Positions 9,824-19,811 of a stretch of DNA of 51,466 nt are shown in pieces (the stretch's first letter is position 1; each line of letters begins with the position of its first letter). Source of the DNA: an uncultured Candidatus Saccharibacteria bacterium (GTDB lineage Bacteria; Patescibacteriota; Minisyncoccia; Phycocordibacterales; CAIJYI01); assembly GCA_964410165.1 (NCBI GenBank), contig CAYPFT010000004.1, positions 1 through 51,466 on the forward strand, written 5' to 3'. A program made the position numbers and the translations under genes. Under the pieces are notes generated by a model. That model saw only the letters and a program-made list of their open reading frames with translations. It did not search any database and was not told the DNA's origin.

Positions 9824-12800
9824 ATGAAAACAGCCATCCCTCTCCTCGCCGCGCTTTTCTTCATCTTTCCCCCATCCGTCTCCGCCCTCACCCTCGACTC
9901 TCTCGGCGGCGATTGCAGAGAGTCCGGCATCTGGGACGCCTCCTCCCTCACCTGCACGCTCACGGAAGACTTCTCCGGATCCGTTTCAATCATCGCGGAC
10001 TCCATCACCTTAGACGGCGCCGGCCACACGATCACGGGTACCGGCTCCGGCATCAGCGCTTCCGGAAGAAACTTCCTTACCGTCAAAAACCTCACCCTCG
10101 CCGGATTCGGCGCCGGCATGAAATTCTCCCTCGTAGGGCATTCAACCATCTCAGGAAACACCATTCGCACGGGAGAAAACGGCATCGGACTCTCCCTTTC
10201 CGCCAACACCTCTTCCAACACCATACAAGACAACATCATCGAAGGCTCCGGAAACATCGGCATCTTCGTTTCGGACGCCAATTTCAACGTATTCCGCCGC
10301 AACACGATCAGGAATTTCAAATCCGGCCTCCTCTTCACCTACTGCTCAGGCCAAAATACGTTCAGAGAAAACACCATTGAAGGAAACGACATCGGCGCTT
10401 CCTTCGCCGGATCCTGGGGTACCTTCACCCGCAACAACTTCAAGAATAACGGAGGAGACTTCCAGAACGGACTTGCCACCTGCGGCAATGGTATTGAAAC
10501 TCTCTCGAAACCCCTCCCGGAAGGAGGAAACCACTGGAGCAAAAACACCGCCTGCCGTGATGAAAACGGCGACCATCTCTGCGATGCCCCCTATGCCGCC
10601 GCGACGAGTACCGACAATTCCACAAACCTCCCCGTTACGTTTTTCGACAACTTCCCCTGGACGGCGGAGAATGGCTGGAACGCTCCAACAACATCGCCCC
10701 CCGCTCTCTCCAACCCGACCGAAACCGAAGACGACGGCAATCAAGACGCGAAAGGAACGGCGGACAAGACGAACTTTACCTTCGCCATTTCCTACGCCGG
10801 AGCAGCCACCCCGAGCGATGTGACCCTCTGGACGAACGACGGCGCCATCGTGAGCCAATACCCGCTTCTTACACAGGGTAGTCCTGTGTATTCCATGACC
10901 TCGACTTTCCCGAAAGGACGCTACGGCTACCACTTCGAAGCGAACGGCGGCGCGCAGAGATTCCCGGCGAGCGGGGAGCTTGCTTTCACCGCCGGATACT
11001 CGAACGTCGCTTTCCTGCCGGGGCTCGAGGCATCGCGGCTCTACGATGCGGGCGGGAACAAATTGTGGGAGCCGTACGGCGATGCGGACGCGGCGGTTCT
11101 CTCCCTTGACGCAGACGGCAAAAGTGTGAGAAACGATATTTATACCAAGGACGTTATTGATAACGCCTATGTTCCGATCATCGGAAATGTCTACAAATCT
11201 TTCCTTGAGCAATTGGATGAAATGAAAAACACGGAGCATGTCATCGCGGATTATTCCGTCATGCCGTACGACTGGAGATTGTCGCTTGATGATATCCTCA
11301 CGAGCGGAAAAAAGGACGGCGAAAATATCTCCTATCTTCAATCCACTTCGTCCCCGTACATTATTCAAGAATTGCGCCGCCTCGCCGAATCTTCCGACAC
11401 GGGCAAGGTTACTGTCGTCGCCCACTCAAACGGAGGACTCGTCGCAAAAGCGCTCACGAACAAACTCGGACTCGCCGGATCAAAACTCCTCGACCAAATG
11501 ATATTCGTCGCATCACCCCAAGCGGGAACGCCGAAAGCCATCGGCGCGATACTTCACGGATTCGAGCAGGAATTGCCGACAACATTGCTCGCTTTCGGCA
11601 TAACGCCTCAGGCGGCGCGCGAACTCGCAAAAAATATGCCTTCGGCGTACAATTTGCTTCCGTCGGCGCAGTACTTCACGTACACTGACGATTATGTTGT
11701 CACCTTCGCCACAAGCTCGGCATTCCTTGCGCCATGGGTTGAGAAATACGGCGACATCATTCATTCAAGCGAACGCTTGCATAATTTCCTTGCCGACCAA
11801 ACGAGAGCGTCTTCATCGCCCGATTTGTATTACCCCATTGCCGGAAACCCAAACCTCTTGAATCGCGCGGAATTGCTTCATGCAACGCTTGACAACTGGA
11901 CACCGCCCGAAGGCGTCACCCTCACAGAAATTGCCGGTTGGGGAGAAGAGACTATCTCAACAATCGAATACCAAGAAGGCGTAAAGGGAGAATATGATGA
12001 ACACGGCGAACTGAAATTTTCTCCATCCATCCAGTATGACGTAAAAGAAGTTCTCGACGGCGACGGGACGGTGGTGGTGCCGAGCGCCTTGTGGACACCC
12101 GGGGCGGGGAAGTATTGGGTGGATTTGAATGATTATAACAATACGCGACCGCAAAGTTTATTGCACCCCGACCGAGAACATTCAAGTATTCTCGAAGTCC
12201 CGAAACTTCTTGACTTCATTCAAAACCTCATCACAAGAAACGGAAACCCATTACCTCAATATATCTCCGCAACTCAGCCACCAAATCCAGAATCCGAAAA
12301 ACGCCTCAACTTCACCCTCCATTCGCCACTCGCCCTCGACCTCTACGACGACCTCGGCAATCACACCGGCATTTCCACTACTACGAACACCGTGGAAGAA
12401 AATATCCCCGGCAGCCGTTACAATACTTTCGGCGAACTCAAATACATCAGAGTCCTGGCAGGAGTCCCGCTCCATCTTTCTCTGCGCGGGTACGCCGCCG
12501 GTTCATTTACGCTCGATATGAAAGAATTTCTCGGCGACACAGTAACCGCTTCCGCCACGTTTGCCGGCATCCCATCATTTGTCGGCACTACCGCCGCGAT
12601 AGACATTCCGAATGGCAACATCGCCAGTTCCTCGCCTCTCTCTGTGGATGAAAACGGCGACGGCATTGCGGATTTTTCTCTTGCGCCAAAACTCGGCGAG
12701 ATTATCACTCCGCCAAAGTATCGTTTCGACGGCTTCCTCCAACCCATCAATGACATCGCGTACCACCCCACACAAACACCGAGCGTCTTCAAAGGCGGAA

Positions 12801-13090
12801 GCACGATTCCCGTAAAATTTCAGATCAAAAAATCCGACGGCACGCCAATCCAAGCAAGCACCATGCCGCTCTTTCTTATCCCGCAAAATGGCGGAGCAAT
12901 GACGGCATCCGTAGATGAGTCCGCTTATTCCGACACCGCATCAACCGGAAACGCTTTCCGATGGGACAATACGAGCCAGCAATATATTTACAATTGGAGT
13001 ACGAAAGGATTTGCTTCGGGGTATTGGTACAAACTTTCCGCGAAGCTTGACGACGGGAAAATTTATTCTGTAACGGTGGGGTTGAGGTAG
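9824..13090 (+). CDS. Secreted multidomain protein: parallel beta-helix (NosD-like) + LCAT-like alpha/beta lipase + C-terminal PxKF-type domain
   Basis: Signal peptide; ITLDGAGH/NTI repeats; FLPGLEASRL, PYDWRL, AHSNGG nucleophile elbow, GDGTV, EH; GSTIPVKF. Confidence 0.85.
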   Translation: MKTAIPLLAALFFIFPPSVSALTLDSLGGDCRESGIWDASSLTCTLTEDFSGSVSIIADSITLDGAGHTITGTGSGISASGRNFLTVKNLTLAGFGAGMKFSLVGHSTISGNTIRTGENGIGLSLSANTSSNTIQDNIIEGSGNIGIFVSDANFNVFRRNTIRNFKSGLLFTYCSGQNTFRENTIEGNDIGASFAGSWGTFTRNNFKNNGGDFQNGLATCGNGIETLSKPLPEGGNHWSKNTACRDENGDHLCDAPYAAATSTDNSTNLPVTFFDNFPWTAENGWNAPTTSPPALSNPTETEDDGNQDAKGTADKTNFTFAISYAGAATPSDVTLWTNDGAIVSQYPLLTQGSPVYSMTSTFPKGRYGYHFEANGGAQRFPASGELAFTAGYSNVAFLPGLEASRLYDAGGNKLWEPYGDADAAVLSLDADGKSVRNDIYTKDVIDNAYVPIIGNVYKSFLEQLDEMKNTEHVIADYSVMPYDWRLSLDDILTSGKKDGENISYLQSTSSPYIIQELRRLAESSDTGKVTVVAHSNGGLVAKALTNKLGLAGSKLLDQMIFVASPQAGTPKAIGAILHGFEQELPTTLLAFGITPQAARELAKNMPSAYNLLPSAQYFTYTDDYVVTFATSSAFLAPWVEKYGDIIHSSERLHNFLADQTRASSSPDLYYPIAGNPNLLNRAELLHATLDNWTPPEGVTLTEIAGWGEETISTIEYQEGVKGEYDEHGELKFSPSIQYDVKEVLDGDGTVVVPSALWTPGAGKYWVDLNDYNNTRPQSLLHPDREHSSILEVPKLLDFIQNLITRNGNPLPQYISATQPPNPESEKRLNFTLHSPLALDLYDDLGNHTGISTTTNTVEENIPGSRYNTFGELKYIRVLAGVPLHLSLRGYAAGSFTLDMKEFLGDTVTASATFAGIPSFVGTTAAIDIPNGNIASSSPLSVDENGDGIADFSLAPKLGEIITPPKYRFDGFLQPINDIAYHPTQTPSVFKGGSTIPVKFQIKKSDGTPIQASTMPLFLIPQNGGAMTASVDESAYSDTASTGNAFRWDNTSQQYIYNWSTKGFASGYWYKLSAKLDDGKIYSVTVGLR

Positions 13091-13141
13091 GATGTATAGA
13101 GCAAGAGTGGTATAATGAAAACTATGAAAATGACAAAGAAA
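12721..13141 (+). repeat. Direct repeat copy 1 (PxKF coding segment through start of membrane gene)
   Basis: Homologous to 20009-20423; core 12795-12968 vs 20083-20256 has 5 differences in 174 nt by manual alignment. Confidence 0.9.
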
Positions 13142-13513
13142 AAAGTGCTATGGATTGGCTTGGTTGGAATATGCACTCCTTTTTTGTTGCAATTTCTTTA
13201 TAGCCATGATTTCTATGTCACCAGAAATATGAATAACTTCGGGGATTCCCTATTTTATATTTCTTTCCCTATCTTCCTTTTCTCTCTCATTACATATAAA
13301 CTCCGCGAAGAAGTTTTCCGATCATGGCTTCACTTTGCTTATTGGTGGATGCCATTCGAAATCCTTTTTGTCCTAGGTTCTATGGGCGGTGGAGGCGGTT
13401 TCGGAATGCATTCCTTCGGCGGGGAAGATGTCGCCATGATTCTTTCCGTTCTTTTCTTTGCCATCTCGCTCGTTATCATTGTCGCAAGGTCGCTTATGTT
13501 GCGAGGGAAGTAG
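13124..13513 (+). CDS. Small membrane protein (~4 TM), lipase partner or immunity candidate
   Basis: LFSLITYKLREEVFRSW..FAYWW.P and GGGG motif; paralog at 20406-20830. Confidence 0.8.
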   Translation: MKMTKKKVLWIGLVGICTPFLLQFLYSHDFYVTRNMNNFGDSLFYISFPIFLFSLITYKLREEVFRSWLHFAYWWMPFEILFVLGSMGGGGGFGMHSFGGEDVAMILSVLFFAISLVIIVARSLMLRGK

Positions 13514-13596
13514 AGAGTAAAATGTAACCCAAACAACGAACATATTTGTAAAAAAGTTCACACATTTTATAAAAAAAATGCTATAATTGTAAGTAT

Positions 13597-14085
13597 ATGA
13601 ATCCTCCTGAATATAATAAAGCAACACTGCTGGCGACGGAAAAGTTATCAGAGTACAAGATTTCTGAGCCAGTCGTCCCCATTTTTGAGATAGCAGAAGC
13701 AGAAGGGCTTTCTGTGAAAATTATTTCTATGCCCGAAAAACTAAAAAGTGTGTCCGGTTTTTTTGATCCAGATACAAGCATTATTTATGTAAATGCGGAA
13801 GATGTGCCAACGCGACAAAGATTTACCGTTGCGCATGAATTAGGGCACTATCTCCTTAAGCATGATCCTGAAAAATATGGGGTATTGCTCAGGTTTCCAG
13901 AATTAAATGGTGAAGATAATATCGAAAAAGAAGCAAATTGTTTTGCGGCGAACATCCTCGTCCCAAAAGAACAGCTTCGGAGTATAATGAAAAAATATTC
14001 TCTTGATGAAAATGATATACCGATAATCGCTCAGCTGTTCGGTGTTTCGAGGTCGGTCATTAAGTTTCGTTTGAAACACCTATAG
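13597..14085 (+). CDS. ImmA/IrrE-family metallopeptidase
   Basis: RQRFTVAHELGH, EKEANCFAANILVP, FGVS; no N-terminal XRE HTH. Confidence 0.92.
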   Translation: MNPPEYNKATLLATEKLSEYKISEPVVPIFEIAEAEGLSVKIISMPEKLKSVSGFFDPDTSIIYVNAEDVPTRQRFTVAHELGHYLLKHDPEKYGVLLRFPELNGEDNIEKEANCFAANILVPKEQLRSIMKKYSLDENDIPIIAQLFGVSRSVIKFRLKHL

Positions 14086-14092
14086 TACAAAC

Positions 14093-14461
14093 ATGGAAGA
14101 AATTGAAAAAAGCGAGGCGATTGAGCTTGTTAAGAAAGTAAAAGAAGCAAGCGCAATAGAAGTAGCGTTTCTTAAAGACAAGCTTGACAGAGATAGCGCA
14201 AAAGGATTTCTGGAACTCAGAGAACATGGTGACCTTATTGAGATGAGAAAAAAATGGTCATCTGGCGTCTTTTGGCTTCTTGTTCTGATTATTTTTTCTG
14301 ACGTAGGCTTCTCTTGGGCATTGGGATTTGGGGCGTTATCGTTTGATAGCGATTGGTCCGTTCCGGCATTTATCGGTGATGGACTTATTAAAACTTTAGG
14401 GCTTGCTTTCATTGTTGTGCATTTCCTTTTTAATAAAGATTCGTTAAAAAATAAATTATAG
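14093..14461 (+). CDS. 2-TM membrane protein
   Basis: Charged helical N-terminus and two hydrophobic segments; 7 nt after peptidase stop. Confidence 0.8.
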   Translation: MEEIEKSEAIELVKKVKEASAIEVAFLKDKLDRDSAKGFLELREHGDLIEMRKKWSSGVFWLLVLIIFSDVGFSWALGFGALSFDSDWSVPAFIGDGLIKTLGLAFIVVHFLFNKDSLKNKL

Positions 14462-14521
14462 AAACGAATGTTGTTGAGTAAAGATAAATCCCGAAGATCT
14501 TATTCTTGAGACAAACGCACC

Positions 14522-14546
14522 CCACCTTTTTTCAGGTGGTTTTTTG
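14522..14546 (+). terminator. Intrinsic terminator of peptidase/2-TM operon
   Basis: CCACCT-6nt-AGGTGG followed by T6. Confidence 0.65.
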
Positions 14547-14650
14547 ATAGTGCGAGTGTTATGGACGGATACACAAACAAAATAAATTTAACATCAGAGA
14601 TGTGGTTTCAGAAAAACTTGCGGAATTGTGGCGGGCTTTTTCGGCTATCC

Positions 14651-14681
14651 ATTTTTACACAGTATAGTCCTGTGTAAAAAT
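14651..14681. promoter_or_regulatory. Operator-like inverted repeat upstream of R-M operon
   Basis: ATTTTTACACAG-TATAGTC-CTGTGTAAAAAT, perfect 12-bp arms. Confidence 0.5.
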
Positions 14682-14803
14682 TTTCGCGTGCATTTTTTTT
14701 GGTTTTTTGGTAGGATGGGGGAGTAGGAAAAAGAAACGCAAAATCAAATCATCTTGCCTAAACTCGCGCGGATTTATTTTCGGCGGGCATGGCTTAAATA
14801 AAA

Positions 14804-14960
14804 GCATCAGCAACAGAAACGGTCCCCCGACCGTCCCTCGTTGCTGATGTCTATGTCCCGAAAGGGCATAGGGTGGTTTCCGAAAGGAGCCATCGGACGC
14901 GTTCGGAGGACCATTTGTGTACCCGAAAAGCGTTTTATAAAAAACATCAGCAACAAAAAC
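14804..14960 (+). ncRNA. Candidate structured 5' leader RNA of mod
   Basis: Two GAAA-tetraloop hairpins with G-U pairs, alternative long-range stems, 11-nt segment complementary to the sequence just before the ATG. Confidence 0.6.
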
Positions 14961-16880
14961 ATGAGCTCATTATTATATGAGCTGCCTCGTATTGTGGACG
15001 AAGGGAAAAAGGAAGTTGATCGGATACTGGAACGTTTGAACGGTTCCGACCGGCTCGCCCTTCAAACCAACGAAATCGTTTTGCCCGCGAAGGATTCGGC
15101 GGAGGCGAAACTTTTTCAGAGCGACGCGACTCAAAATGAAAAAGAATGGATGAATCGCCTTGTGTACGGCGACAATCTTTTGACGATGCAGGCGCTGCTC
15201 TCGGGCGATCGCGAAAGCGGGCTGTCGTCAATGCGCGGGAAAATTGACCTTATTTACATTGACCCGCCGTTTGACAGCAAGGCGGACTATCGTACGAAAG
15301 TTACGCTCCCCGGAATTGACTTGGAACAAAAACCGACCGTCATCGAACAGTTCGCCTATTCCGACACATGGAAAGACGGCACGGTTTCGTATTTGAAAAT
15401 GCTCTATCCACGGCTCGCACTCATGCGCGAGCTTCTTTCCGATAAGGGCTCAATTTATGTCCATATTGATTGGCACGTCGGGCATTATGTGAAAATTTTG
15501 TTGGATGATATTTTTAAAAAACACCATTTTAGAAATGAAATTATTTGGTGGTATCATATGGGTGCGAAATCAAGGTCAGAATTTAGTAATAAACATGATT
15601 CAGTATATCGTTATACAAAATCAGATAATTTTGTATTTAACATTGGTGATGTGAGAACTCCATTTAAGGGAACTTCTGCCGATAATAATTTTTATTTTGT
15701 TGACAAAGACGGGCGAAGGTATCGAGAAAAACCTGACAAAAAAACAGGTAAAAGATACCGCTATTATTTGGACGAAGGACAGCTACCAGACGATGTCTGG
15801 GAAATTGCCACAATACCAGCGATTTCAAATGAAAGGATTGGTTATGCTACACAGAAGCCCGAACAGCTTTTAGAACGAATAATAAAAGCCTCCTCAAACG
15901 AAAATTCCATCGTCGCCGATTTCTTTTCCGGTTCGGGGACGACTGTCGCCGTGGCGGAAAAATTGGGTCGGCGGTGGATTGGTTCCGATATCGGGAAACC
16001 AGCCGCGCTTATCATGCGCAAGCGGCTGATTGATCAGGAAGCGAAACCGTTTTTGTATCAGTCCATCGGCGATTATCAAAAAGAGGCGTTCACGTCTTCG
16101 CGACAGTTTCGGCGCGTGGGGGATTTGGCGCAGGTCGTGTTGCAGCTCTACGGCGCGATTCCTTTTGCGGATGCCGGCAATAATTCTCTGTTGGCAAATC
16201 GCAATATCGGCTATATCAAAGATTCCCGCACGCTCGTCGTCGTGGATTCGCCGAATAAAATGACCGGTCTTCCGACGCTTAAAAAGGCGCAGGAATTGAA
16301 AGCGAGTTTTATGGGCGGGTGGAGCAAGGTCGTCGTGCTCGGCTGGAATTTCACCTACGACATTACGGAGGCGATACAAACGCTCAATGACGACAAATTG
16401 GAAGTGCTAGTTATTCCGCCCGACCTTTTGGATAAGCTGAAAACAAAAGCGAGCTACAAAGATTTGATTCAGAGCAAAAAAATCCGTTTTTCGTCGCTGC
16501 AGTATCTTACCATCAAGCCGATTACCGCGGAAAATATAACCGACACGGAAGAAAGTTTGCGCATTGAGCTTGATAACTACGTACTTCTCTCGCCCGACAA
16601 CATCCCGCTTGACGATAAAGACAAAGAAAAACTGAAAGAACTTATCAAAAAAGATCCGCTCTCGCTCATTGAATACTGGAGCGTTGATCCCGACTACGAC
16701 GGAGTTACTTTTCGCAGTTTGTGGCAGGATTATCGCGAGAACGAAGAGAACGACGGCGATCCGTACCATTGCATAAACCGCGCCATACTGACCGTGTCAA
16801 AAAAATCGGAGCGAACGGTGTGCGTGAAAGCGGTGGATGTTTTCGGTTTTGAGAGTTTTGTAACGGTAAATTTGAAATAA
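14961..16880 (+). CDS. mod: Type III R-M adenine methyltransferase (beta class)
   Basis: [12 protein letters not shown] (motif IV), [14 protein letters not shown] (motif I); adjacent to helicase-nuclease. Confidence 0.9.
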   Translation: MSSLLYELPRIVDEGKKEVDRILERLNGSDRLALQTNEIVLPAKDSAEAKLFQSDATQNEKEWMNRLVYGDNLLTMQALLSGDRESGLSSMRGKIDLIYIDPPFDSKADYRTKVTLPGIDLEQKPTVIEQFAYSDTWKDGTVSYLKMLYPRLALMRELLSDKGSIYVHIDWHVGHYVKILLDDIFKKHHFRNEIIWWYHMGAKSRSEFSNKHDSVYRYTKSDNFVFNIGDVRTPFKGTSADNNFYFVDKDGRRYREKPDKKTGKRYRYYLDEGQLPDDVWEIATIPAISNERIGYATQKPEQLLERIIKASSNENSIVADFFSGSGTTVAVAEKLGRRWIGSDIGKPAALIMRKRLIDQEAKPFLYQSIGDYQKEAFTSSRQFRRVGDLAQVVLQLYGAIPFADAGNNSLLANRNIGYIKDSRTLVVVDSPNKMTGLPTLKKAQELKASFMGGWSKVVVLGWNFTYDITEAIQTLNDDKLEVLVIPPDLLDKLKTKASYKDLIQSKKIRFSSLQYLTIKPITAENITDTEESLRIELDNYVLLSPDNIPLDDKDKEKLKELIKKDPLSLIEYWSVDPDYDGVTFRSLWQDYRENEENDGDPYHCINRAILTVSKKSERTVCVKAVDVFGFESFVTVNLK

Positions 16881-16884
16881 ACAT

Positions 16885-19809
16885 ATGCCATCACCCATAA
16901 GCATCGGGACAAAAAGCGTACCGCTTGAGCTCGCAAAAATAATTACGAAAAAAGCGAACGAAAGTTTTGCGGACGGAGAAATGTTTTCGCGCGTGTCTTT
17001 GGTTACTCAGGACTTGCTGAAATTTTGGTTTCTGCCTCCGCATACGGAAACGCGGCTCATCAATTTTCATGAGGGGCAGAGGCAGGCGATTTTGAATACG
17101 ATTTATCTGCATGAAGTTTTGGGGACGAAAAGCGTTCGCGAAGCGTACGAAAATGTCGCGCCGGAACTTTTGACGGAAATGGATTTTTCCGAACTCGCCA
17201 AAGCGAAATACGAGATTCCGAAATATGCGATAAAAATGGCGACGGGAACGGGGAAGACGTGGGTGATGCACGCGCTTCTTTTATGGCAATATTTGAACGC
17301 GCGGCGTGAAACGGAGCGAGAGAAATTTTCCGGAAAATTCACGAAAAACTTTTTGCTCGTCGCGCCCGGAATCATCGTCTACGAACGCTTGCTTGACGCC
17401 TACTTGGGAAAAGAAAACGAGAACGGCGAGCGAGTGTTCGAGCAGTCCGATTTTTACAAATTCAAAGAGCTTTTTCTTCCGCCGAATTACGAAGCGGAGG
17501 CGTTCGGATTCATACAAAACAGCGTGGCGAAGAAAACGGAAATCGGTACGAAATCAACCGGCGATGGACTTATCGCCATCGCGAACTGGCATTTGTTTTT
17601 GGACAGGGAAGAAAAAGAGGAGGAAGAAAGCGGCTCCGCGTATGACGACCCGCAGGCAATAGTGAACGAATTGCGGCCGATAAAACCCGGAGTTTCCGGC
17701 GGAAACTCGCTTGATACTTTGGACGCCGCATATTTGGGCGGGCGGGAAATCGATTACCTGGCGAGCTTGCCGGACTTGATGGCGATAAACGACGAAGCGC
17801 ACCACATTCACGAAAACAAAGTATACGGCGAACTGAAAGAGGTGGAGTGGCAAAAAAGTTTGAATAAAATCGCGGAGAAAAAAGGGAAGCGGTTTATACA
17901 GGCGGACTTTTCCGCAACGCCGTACGATGTAACGGGGAACGGACACAATCGCACGAAACATTTTTTTCCGCATGTCGTGGTGGATTTTGATTTGAAAACG
18001 GCGATACGGAGAGGCTTGGTGAAAACGATAGCGATAGACAAGCGAAAAGAATTTACCGACGAACAAATAGAATTTTCCGCGATCAAAGAAAACGGGAAAA
18101 TCATCGGGCTTTCGGAAGGGCAAAAATTGATGCTCCGCGCCGGACTTCGCCGTCTCAAAATTTTGGAGGAGCATTTTGTGGAATTTACGAAAGACAAAAA
18201 CGGCGTTTCGGGAAAACACCCGAAAATGCTGGTGATGTGTGAAAATACGGAAGTGTCGCCGCTCGTCGTGGATTTTTTGAAAGACGAGGGACTTTCCGAT
18301 GAAGATGTGATTCGCGTGGATTCAAATAAAAAAGGCGAAATTCCGGAAGCGGAATGGCTCTCGCTCAAACAAAAACTTTTCAGCATAGATCGGCACGGCA
18401 AGCCGAAAGTTATCGTTTCGGTTTTGATGCTGCGCGAGGGGTTTGATGTGAACAATGTGTGCGTCATCGTGCCGCTCCGCGCGAGTTCGGCGCCGATTCT
18501 CCTTGAGCAGACCATCGGGCGCGGGCTTCGGCTTATGTGGCGAGAGCCGGAATTTTTGGAAACGAAGCAAGAAAATATCAGAAGAATTATCGCGGAGAAA
18601 AAAGAGCCGTCGCATTATTTGGATATTTTATCCATCGTTGAGCATCCGGCGTTTCTGCAATTTTACGATGATTTGGAAATGGTCGGCGAAACGACGGAGG
18701 AACCGGAAGGCGCGAAAGGCGTGCTCGGCGACATCATCAAAGTCGGACTAAAAGAAAATTATGCGGAATATGATTTGTATTGGCCTTTGATTATCAAGGA
18801 GTCGGAAGAAGACCTCGTTTCGGGAAACGTCGGCGTAGAAAAATTGGAGCCGTTCACGGTGTACCCGCTTTCGGATTTGCAAAAGTTTTTCGGCAAAGAC
18901 GGCGAGCGTTTTGTCGCGGAAGAAATGACGGTCAAAACGAGGTTCGGCGAGTATTTCGTGGACGGCGCGCTTTTCAATTCGCAAAGCTACAACGAGTATT
19001 TGGAAAAACTGCTTAATGTCGTGATAAATCGCACGGCGAAGATCGGCGCGCGGCAGAAAAGAACGTTTCCTGCGATGCAGATAAATCAGCTTGAAGTGGT
19101 GAAAACGATTGACGCATTTATCCGTACGAAACTTTTCGGGATGGAATTCGACCCGCTTGAAGGAAATAATTGGAAAGTTTTGCTGGCGAAAAACGGCGTG
19201 GTAACGGAGCATATCATCAAGGAAATAGGAAAAGTGATTTTGGAAATGCAGAACACAATCGATGTTTCCGAAGCGAAAATTGAGAAGCGGTATTTTTCGG
19301 AAGTTTCGGACTTGCGGATGCGCGAGAATTATTCTGTGCTAATTGTGAAAACGATTTATGAGCGGCTGCCGTATCCGTCAAACAAAGGCGAGTTTGAAAA
19401 AGCGTTTTTGGAATACGCCGACGGCGATGGAAAAACGGAGGCGATTATGAAAGTAAACGAATATTACCACAACTTTGCGAATGTAACCTATATCAGGATG
19501 GACGGATTTTTATCGCTCTATTATCCGGACTTTATCGTGAAAACCGCCGAAAAAGTTTATTTGATTGAAACGAAGGCGGACACGGATTTGCACGATCCGA
19601 ACGTGCGGCAAAAGAAAATCGCCGCGCTTGATTTCGTGAAGCGGATAAACGGCCTCCCACCCGACAACCGCATGGGGCGGGAATGGGAGTATGTTTTGCT
19701 CGGTGAAAATCATTTTTACGGCTTGAGCCGAAACGGCGCGTCGATTGATGAAATTTGCACACTGGCGAAAGTAACGCTTGCGAACGCGGAGGGGCGGTTG
19801 TTCGGGTAA
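16885..19809 (+). CDS. res: Type III restriction endonuclease/helicase subunit
   Basis: MATGTGKT, DEAHH, SAT, LREGFD, EQTIGRGLR; C-terminal YYPDF..IETK PD-(D/E)xK nuclease. Confidence 0.9.
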   Translation: MPSPISIGTKSVPLELAKIITKKANESFADGEMFSRVSLVTQDLLKFWFLPPHTETRLINFHEGQRQAILNTIYLHEVLGTKSVREAYENVAPELLTEMDFSELAKAKYEIPKYAIKMATGTGKTWVMHALLLWQYLNARRETEREKFSGKFTKNFLLVAPGIIVYERLLDAYLGKENENGERVFEQSDFYKFKELFLPPNYEAEAFGFIQNSVAKKTEIGTKSTGDGLIAIANWHLFLDREEKEEEESGSAYDDPQAIVNELRPIKPGVSGGNSLDTLDAAYLGGREIDYLASLPDLMAINDEAHHIHENKVYGELKEVEWQKSLNKIAEKKGKRFIQADFSATPYDVTGNGHNRTKHFFPHVVVDFDLKTAIRRGLVKTIAIDKRKEFTDEQIEFSAIKENGKIIGLSEGQKLMLRAGLRRLKILEEHFVEFTKDKNGVSGKHPKMLVMCENTEVSPLVVDFLKDEGLSDEDVIRVDSNKKGEIPEAEWLSLKQKLFSIDRHGKPKVIVSVLMLREGFDVNNVCVIVPLRASSAPILLEQTIGRGLRLMWREPEFLETKQENIRRIIAEKKEPSHYLDILSIVEHPAFLQFYDDLEMVGETTEEPEGAKGVLGDIIKVGLKENYAEYDLYWPLIIKESEEDLVSGNVGVEKLEPFTVYPLSDLQKFFGKDGERFVAEEMTVKTRFGEYFVDGALFNSQSYNEYLEKLLNVVINRTAKIGARQKRTFPAMQINQLEVVKTIDAFIRTKLFGMEFDPLEGNNWKVLLAKNGVVTEHIIKEIGKVILEMQNTIDVSEAKIEKRYFSEVSDLRMRENYSVLIVKTIYERLPYPSNKGEFEKAFLEYADGDGKTEAIMKVNEYYHNFANVTYIRMDGFLSLYYPDFIVKTAEKVYLIETKADTDLHDPNVRQKKIAALDFVKRINGLPPDNRMGREWEYVLLGENHFYGLSRNGASIDEICTLAKVTLANAEGRLFG

Positions 19810-19811
19810 TA

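Noticed and set aside
14844-14890. Hammerhead ribozyme (CTGATG..GAAA)
   Set aside because: Core reads CUGAUGU, not CUGANGA, and both GAAA are tetraloops rather than junction strands
14841-14960. 40-aa N-terminal extension of Mod from the TTG start
   Set aside because: Runs through the structured leader; ATG 14961 is the more credible start
19755-19811. Res-overlapping start for the second PxKF ORF
   Set aside because: TTG inside res with no signal peptide; better read as a truncated remnant
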